NCBI GenBank assembly: GCA_964487735.1
Contig: CAZASJ010000009.1
Coordinates: forward strand, 388-63,972
Length of the DNA: 63,585 nt
Origin: an uncultured Bacteroidales bacterium
GTDB lineage: Bacteria; Bacteroidota; Bacteroidia; Bacteroidales; B18-G4
Reading direction: 5' to 3'
The notes under the pieces were generated by a model. That model was not told the DNA's origin. It worked only from the letters and a program-made list of their open reading frames with translations, and did not search any database. The position numbers and the translations under genes were made by a program. How positions within the stretch are numbered: the stretch's first letter is position 1; each line of letters begins with the position of its first letter. Shown piece by piece: positions 57,585 through 63,585 of this stretch.

Positions 57585-59474
57585 TTATTTCCTCCCAAAA
57601 CTAATTCTATCGATGGCTTGACCATTCTGAGTTAAAACTGTATGATAAATACCTGGTGACAAATGAGAGCAGTTTATAATTTGAGGATTATTGCTTATCC
57701 TGTCTGAATGTACCATACTTCCAAATGAGTTATAGATGGAAAGTTTAGTATTGAGAAATTGTTCAATAGTTACTTCAATTTGTGGATGGCTGGTAGAGCC
57801 ATTTAAGATTTTTAGATGAGTCTTTTTTTCACTTGGAATTGAATTAGTTCCAAGCGTGGATTTATTTCCACTATACTCAATATTGGGATCATTTTCCCTG
57901 CAAACTGGTAGTGTAATTAAATTAGAGTCTAATTCAATTGTCGTTGGATCATAAGTCCAATTACCATAGGTTTGATTTGGGTTATAATGTATGGTAGTTT
58001 TATTGACCTGGTTTGTTCCCCTGAAATGTGCATCCATAATAATTATTGGGGGTTGAAAAGTTAATGTTTTACCTCCTTTTATGATATAATCAGATTTACA
58101 AATAGAATTTGTACTACAATTAGCCGGAACAGGATAATCTCTTTCATAATCAAAATCAAAATATGTGATCGCTTCCCAATATTCAGCCGAATAGTCTCCA
58201 GTGAATACTTCATGAAGGCTATCTGCATATTTTCCGCGAAGAGTTAAGAACTGATAATTGCATGGAAAAGTAAGGTCGCATGAAATTGTAACTTCAGATG
58301 GATTATAGATTATTTTTTCTGATGGATTTATTATCTTGAGGTCAAATGCTTCTTTTATTTCAAAAGAAAGCTCTTTGCCTTTAATTGTATCTCCACCTGT
58401 ATAATATCCAGCGTAAGACTTTAATTGGTGATTTAAAAGCGGAGCATCTAATAAAGTAAATGGTGGGGGGTGAACAAGTGCCGAATTATATCTGCCTAGC
58501 AAATGGTCTGATTCAAAAGTATAATCACCAGCCTGTCCGGGTTCGTAATACAAGAGAGGCAAGTCATTTGGGTGGGATTGTGGCTCATCTGCACATACAT
58601 CCCATTTTTCTACCTCTGCAGATGGAAAGTAATTTACAGATCCTGTATAATTGGGGCCTATACCACTGTTATATATAAACTTGTTACTTGTAAGTGTGTA
58701 TTCGATTATTGTATTGTCAGGGTTGCTAATAAAAGTCGGTCTAAATGCAACATCAATTAAAGTATTTATAGTAGCCTCTTCTTTTGAACCTTCGGTTTCA
58801 ATCCAAGGATAAAACTTCATTCTACCGCGAGTATTGTCATATATCCAGGAAATAGAATCAATTACCGAATCCGTTATTTTGTCTCCACAATGACAATATA
58901 ACGTTTGCTTAAGAATCGTATGTGGTAAGTGACATTGTTCATCCGTTGTTGTACCAATATAATTACCCTGTGCATATATTTGTGTTAAGAGGCCATAATC
59001 ACCATAACAATGACTGTTTTGAGAGCCTCCACAAAGATTGATATTATCCAATTTGCTAAATATTTTATATAGTCCATAATCCCACCCTAAACCTTCATAA
59101 TGGTCGGCTCCATTTGTTCCATTTTGGGTTAATATTTCTCCATAATATCCATCAACTACTTTAGTGGTTAAAACTCGATCGCTATTAGTTAGGCTCCCAA
59201 TTTTTGTCAGAGTTTCATCAAAATCCTCAGGAATGAAAGGAAAGGAAACTATTTCTATACTAAAACTAATTGCATTATTATATAATTCTTCAGACTTGCT
59301 CCAAAACAATTTATCAATATAAATTTGATATTCTCCAGTATAAGCATTTATGTGTGGAGCATTGGGCCAAAGGTTTTCGTTGAAATGATAATCGTATGCA
59401 TCTTCTAAATTTTGAGTATTCCCCAAAACGGCTATTAGAAGAAGCATAATAGTCAATCCCTTTTTCATATGCAT
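57585..59474 (-). CDS. T9SS-secreted hypothetical protein, unrecognised N-terminal region
   Basis: Signal peptide MKKGLTIMLLLIAVLG; degenerate CTD (IYNSFG...LSPGIYH); AT-rich coding sequence. Confidence 0.75.
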   Translation of the reverse strand: MHMKKGLTIMLLLIAVLGNTQNLEDAYDYHFNENLWPNAPHINAYTGEYQIYIDKLFWSKSEELYNNAISFSIEIVSFPFIPEDFDETLTKIGSLTNSDRVLTTKVVDGYYGEILTQNGTNGADHYEGLGWDYGLYKIFSKLDNINLCGGSQNSHCYGDYGLLTQIYAQGNYIGTTTDEQCHLPHTILKQTLYCHCGDKITDSVIDSISWIYDNTRGRMKFYPWIETEGSKEEATINTLIDVAFRPTFISNPDNTIIEYTLTSNKFIYNSGIGPNYTGSVNYFPSAEVEKWDVCADEPQSHPNDLPLLYYEPGQAGDYTFESDHLLGRYNSALVHPPPFTLLDAPLLNHQLKSYAGYYTGGDTIKGKELSFEIKEAFDLKIINPSEKIIYNPSEVTISCDLTFPCNYQFLTLRGKYADSLHEVFTGDYSAEYWEAITYFDFDYERDYPVPANCSTNSICKSDYIIKGGKTLTFQPPIIIMDAHFRGTNQVNKTTIHYNPNQTYGNWTYDPTTIELDSNLITLPVCRENDPNIEYSGNKSTLGTNSIPSEKKTHLKILNGSTSHPQIEVTIEQFLNTKLSIYNSFGSMVHSDRISNNPQIINCSHLSPGIYHTVLTQNGQAIDRISFGRK

Positions 59475-59485
59475 TAATTTATTCG

Positions 59486-61594
59486 TTATTGTATAATAAG
59501 CTTTTGAATTTCAGTAACGTGTCTAGTCTTAATGATTAGATAATATATACCAGGTGGATAATTTGAAACGTCAACCTTAACCCACAATGTGCTTGAATTG
59601 GTCTCTTTGTAACTAAATGAATTTAAATATCTACCAATATTGTTGAATATACCTATTTTAACAGGATTCGAATTAGTCAATCCTACTACTACATTGACAT
59701 AGGATGAGCTTGGATTAGGAAATATTTTTGTATTTATTAAATAATCATTATTCATTACAGGTTCAAATAGATTAACAGCACCTCCATTATCTGTATACAA
59801 AATTGTACCATTGTCTCCACATGTCCATCCGGTCTCATCTGAAATAAAATCAATACTATAAAGGCTATTTGTTGATAGGATAGGTAGCACTGTCCACGAA
59901 TCTCCACTATTTTGGGTATTAATTAGGATTCCATTTTCCCCACACACCCATGCAATATTTTGATCAATTACAGAAATATCGTATAGGTTTTTATCCGTAT
60001 TTGAAACCTGTGTATTCCAATTTGTCCCACCATCATCTGTATAGAGTATTTCTCCTCCGTTACCAACTGCCCACCCATTAAGGAAGTTGCTCATAAAAAT
60101 TCCATTCAAAGGGTAGAAAGATTCAGCATTTTGTTTTATCCAGCTATTTCCACTATCTTGAGTTTTCCATATATTACCATTTAGCGAAGTAATCCACCCA
60201 GTTGTTTCGTTTATAAAAAAGATGCTAGAAAAGTTTTCATTAAAAAATGACCCTTGTTCAGTCCAATTCCACCCACCATTCGTGGTCTTAAATAGACAGC
60301 CGTCCCAACCTGCCACCCATCCAATATTATTATCAATAAAATATACTGACATTATTAGTGGGTCATCCAAAAGCGATATATTCGTCCAATTATCACCACC
60401 ATTAGATGTACGATAAATAGCCCCCCATTCACCAACTACCCATCCATTTTGATTATCTTTAAACGTTAAATCTGTTAGCGTGAATTCGAAAATATTCGTT
60501 AACAATGACCATTCTCCCCCCCCGTTAATAGTTTTTAATATTGCCCCATTATTACCTACGGCCCAACCATTATTATTATCAACAAAATCAATAGACCCTA
60601 GAGAGTAAAAGAGACCACTAGACGTTGTTACCCAATTAATCCCACTATCATCTGTTTTACATACAGTCCCATGAAAGCCAGTACAAATACCGTTACTAAT
60701 ATCATGAAAGAAGATATCGTATAATATCTCAGCCACTCCACTTTGTTGTGGATTCCAATCAAGTCCACAATTTGTAGTGTAAAGAACTAATCCACTATCC
60801 CCTACAATCCATCCATTTTCTATATCAATAAAATATATACCCTGCAAGGTATTTGTGTAAGGAATGGTCACTGTTTCCCAATTAAATCCTCCATCATTCG
60901 TGTGTACTATTGTTCCAGATACTCCAACAGACCAACCATACATTGAGTCTACGAAAAATATATCTATTAAGTTTTTGCTTGTTCCAGAAGATTGTGAAAT
61001 CCATGTATTTCCTGCATCTGTAGTCGCTAGTATATTCCCAGCCGGGCCACACACCCAGCCATGATTATAGTCACTGAAAGATGCTGATTTCATAATATGA
61101 GGAGCTGAATGTTTAAAAGACCAATTAGCTCCACCATCAGCCGTATAAACTATATCCTTTCCTATAGCCCAACCAGTATCTTTATTGATAAATATAATAT
61201 CGTTTAGTGGTAAAAAGGTGTTGCTTTCTTGCTCTGTCCAGTTTTGGCCTCCATCGATAGTTTTTAATATCAGGCCAGATCCTTTAGAATATGAGTATCC
61301 ACATGCCCAACCTATTGATGGATCTTCAAGATGAGTGCTATTCAAAAGGAATGACGAATTATAGTATAGTATATCCCAAGATTCTCCTCCATCATTAGTT
61401 TTTAGAATAGAACCGTCATAACCTACTACCAATCCATTGTTTTCATCGATAAATGACATCTTAACAAGTGGAGAGTTTGAAGGGATAGGATTCTGCCAAT
61501 ACCATTGACCTGAAGAACTTATACTGGAGCTCAAAAATAATACTACGATTAATAATCTGTAAATAGCTTTTCTTAGATTATCGCTTTTAATCAT
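59486..61594 (-). CDS. T9SS-secreted YCF48/BNR-repeat beta-propeller protein
   Basis: About 14 repeats of F.D...GW.VG..G.IL.T.DGG..W; CTD FPNP...PGIYYL...KLII. Confidence 0.9.
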   Translation of the reverse strand: MIKSDNLRKAIYRLLIVVLFLSSSISSSGQWYWQNPIPSNSPLVKMSFIDENNGLVVGYDGSILKTNDGGESWDILYYNSSFLLNSTHLEDPSIGWACGYSYSKGSGLILKTIDGGQNWTEQESNTFLPLNDIIFINKDTGWAIGKDIVYTADGGANWSFKHSAPHIMKSASFSDYNHGWVCGPAGNILATTDAGNTWISQSSGTSKNLIDIFFVDSMYGWSVGVSGTIVHTNDGGFNWETVTIPYTNTLQGIYFIDIENGWIVGDSGLVLYTTNCGLDWNPQQSGVAEILYDIFFHDISNGICTGFHGTVCKTDDSGINWVTTSSGLFYSLGSIDFVDNNNGWAVGNNGAILKTINGGGEWSLLTNIFEFTLTDLTFKDNQNGWVVGEWGAIYRTSNGGDNWTNISLLDDPLIMSVYFIDNNIGWVAGWDGCLFKTTNGGWNWTEQGSFFNENFSSIFFINETTGWITSLNGNIWKTQDSGNSWIKQNAESFYPLNGIFMSNFLNGWAVGNGGEILYTDDGGTNWNTQVSNTDKNLYDISVIDQNIAWVCGENGILINTQNSGDSWTVLPILSTNSLYSIDFISDETGWTCGDNGTILYTDNGGAVNLFEPVMNNDYLINTKIFPNPSSSYVNVVVGLTNSNPVKIGIFNNIGRYLNSFSYKETNSSTLWVKVDVSNYPPGIYYLIIKTRHVTEIQKLIIQ

Positions 61595-61986
61595 CTTATT
61601 AGAGGTTTAATAATTACAGGATATTGGTTTTATTCTTGCACTAATATACTTCAGAATTTATGTATAATCAAGTTTTTGAGTTTTAAATTATATTCTGGAA
61701 TTTATGACACACATATTTTAGATAAAGTTGATAGCCTGAATCCAAATTAACAAGGGGGAATTATAGTAGTTTTATACCTACCATGTGGGGTAGGAAACAC
61801 TAATCCTCGCAGTTACCCTGATTTACTATTTATTAATATCACACCCTGAGAATCCTTACTCCTGGTAATTGAAGAATTGCTAAATTTTCGGAAAATATAG
61901 GAATTTGGTTTTGGATATAATACCTGTTTTTCATCTCGTATGAAACTATTTGGAAGCAATATTATAATTGATAATATGTCTCAAGG

Positions 61987-62104
61987 TGGAGATTCCAGTC
62001 AAAGTGAACATCTGATATCGGAGTAAACTGTACAGTCAAATCGGAGCAAACTGTACACCTGATTCCGGACCAAAGTGTACAGTCATTCCGGAGTAAACTG
62101 TACA
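61987..62104 (+). repeat. IS21 left-end transposase-binding repeats (5 units)
   Basis: Units at 61987, 62011, 62035, 62058 and 62082 with core TC(C)GGAG(T/C)AAA(C/G)TGTACA; no spacers. Confidence 0.85.
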
Positions 62105-62632
62105 CCCCCTAAAACACAAAATTTACCATACTATTGAAAGCATAATTTAGCTGTTTTCTAATCTAAAAACAGTAGAGGTTATGTCAAATAAATCGATAGA
62201 TATGAGTAAAATAAGAAGACTAATACAACTTCACGAGCAAGGTAGGAGCAAGCTATTTATTAGTGAGTACCTGGAAATATCTCGCACTACCGTAATCAAA
62301 TACCTGAACCTCTATAAAATTATGGGATGGTCAGCTGATAAGCTGCTCAGCATGAGTGATATTGAGCTTGAGAAGTTATTTATGGAGCCATCGCCCAAGG
62401 TCATTTCTCAAAGGCTTGAGGATCTTTTTAAGTTCTTTCCGTACTTCGACAAGCAAATAAAGAAGCCAGGGGTAACCAAGACGATGTTATGGCAGGAATA
62501 CTACGATAAGCACCCAGGTGGCTTTAGGAGTACACAGTTTAACGAATATTACCACAGGTGGAGTAAGAAAGCCAATCCTCTCATGCATATTAATCATAAA
62601 GCCGGAGATAAGTTATATGTGGATTATGCCGG
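61987..62632 (+). mobile_element. IS21-family insertion sequence remnant (left end plus 5' istA)
   Basis: Starts with TG; five tandem 23-24 bp end repeats; istA 5' portion; no istB and no right end. Confidence 0.85.
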
Positions 62633-62876
62633 GAAGCCTGCCGGTGAATGGAACCATGCCATGGTGATGGTCTTTAAGGGAACTGTTATTCATACCATGA
62701 ATGGAGAAACCGTTGTGGAATACCATCTTTGGACCGACGATTGGAAAAAAATGGTTGCCAATAGTAAATTCAAGGATTACGAACATTTTGTGAACCCTGC
62801 ATCCGAAGGCTACATCGTACTTCAGGATCATGGCGACGATGTTTGGTTCAGGAATATTAAAATACGGGAACTGTAA
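62181..62876 (+). pseudogene. istA: Chimeric ORF: IS21 transposase IstA N-terminus fused in frame to the DUF1080 C-terminus
   Basis: MSNKSIDMSKIRRLIQL...HKAGDKLYVDYAGK is a Bacteroidetes-type IstA N-terminus; it continues as KPAGEWN...NIKIREL, identical to the end of 56258-57043. Confidence 0.9.
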
Positions 62877-63069
62877 AAGAAACCATGGGAATAATTATTA
62901 TGAATCCTTATTAATACTGATGTCCCATAAGTTATTCTTAAACTAATCAGCACATATAACCGTATAGGTACCTCCCGTGCTAAAAACACCACCTGTACCG
63001 GCTGTGCCACCTGTACCGGCTGTGCCGCCTGTACTTGCTGTGCCGCCTGTGCTTGCTGTGCCCCCACTG
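62633..63069 (+). repeat. 437-bp direct repeat, copy 2
   Basis: See copy 1; 433/437 identical. Confidence 0.97.
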
Positions 63070-63585
63070 CCACTGCTACAATTGGTTAGGCAGGTGGTTC
63101 CATCACTTAATAGTTTGACAAGATAAAAATCATTGCCACCGGATCCAAAACTTGCAGTATACCCCCCCATAACATAACTCCCATCCGTTGTTTGAATGAT
63201 TGCATTCCCTATTTCTGTTCCGCTTCCACCTGTTGTGCGTGTCCACTGCAAAGCACCTGTATTATCCAGTTTTACGATATATGCGTCATAATTCCCTGCC
63301 CCAAAAGAACCTGTATAACCGGCAATAGCAAATCCACCATCAGATGATTGAATGATGGAATTGGCCCAGTCCTGATTTGTACCACCAACGGTGCTTGTCC
63401 AGAGGAGTGTTCCTGTATTATCCAGTTTTACGATATAGGTATCATTACTCCCCGCACCAAAAGACCACGTTTCACCTGCAACGACAAGTCCACCATCCGA
63501 TGCCTCCACTATAGAATATCCGTATTCATTACTTGTGCCGCCCACAGTTCTGGTCCACTGCAATGCACCTGTATTATCCAGTTTT
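62943..63585 (-). CDS. Beta-propeller repeat protein with Gly/Thr-rich hexapeptide tail (5' end off the window)
   Basis: Frame is open to the window edge; about 50-aa repeats W...GG...D/E...I....DGG...AG.T.SFGAG..D.Y.VKLD; tail of six GGxxxT-type hexapeptides then ICAD. Confidence 0.85.
   Translation of the reverse strand, partial: KLDNTGALQWTRTVGGTSNEYGYSIVEASDGGLVVAGETWSFGAGSNDTYIVKLDNTGTLLWTSTVGGTNQDWANSIIQSSDGGFAIAGYTGSFGAGNYDAYIVKLDNTGALQWTRTTGGSGTEIGNAIIQTTDGSYVMGGYTASFGSGGNDFYLVKLLSDGTTCLTNCSSGSGGTASTGGTASTGGTAGTGGTAGTGGVFSTGGTYTVICAD

Noticed and set aside
61987-62104. CRISPR array
   Set aside because: The repeats abut each other with no unique spacers, there are no cas genes, and they lie directly upstream of istA as expected for an IS21 end.
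57237-62632. Composite transposon or prophage/ICE
   Set aside because: Only one IS end, located inside the segment; no integrase, relaxase, phage or conjugation genes; the boundaries cut genes.
56800-63069. Diversity-generating retroelement (TR/VR pair)
   Set aside because: The four differences (T/C, T/A, A/C, A/G) are not confined to adenines of one copy on either strand, and no reverse transcriptase gene is present.

Overview
Chromosomal segment of a Bacteroidota (Bacteroidales-like) bacterium, judged from the TAnnTTTG promoters and five T9SS-sorted proteins. Bases 1-57,040 hold gltX, an M1 aminopeptidase, a DUF4175-like/ATPase/ybeY/mnmG block followed by two parS-like sites (probably origin-proximal), a large sensor kinase, flippase-dut, mrdA-rodA, recJ, membrane and metabolic genes, a BlaI/M56-TonB pair, a MacAB-like ABC operon, M49 and S46 peptidases, and a DUF1080/Gfo-Idh-MocA/DoxX/TIM-barrel (3-keto-glycoside-type) cluster. 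The last 6.8 kb is the most unusual part. A 437-bp direct repeat (56800-57236 and 62633-63069, 4 substitutions) covers the 3' ends of two convergent genes. It brackets a 5.4-kb AT-rich insert that starts in mid-gene (a TlpA-like tail), carries two T9SS cargo genes, and ends with an IS21 left end plus a truncated istA fused in frame to the duplicated DUF1080 tail. A candidate BlaI operator (AACTA/TAGTT array) recurs upstream of the ABC efflux operon. No rRNA, tRNA or CRISPR array was seen. All family calls come from motif recognition by eye; no database searches were run.
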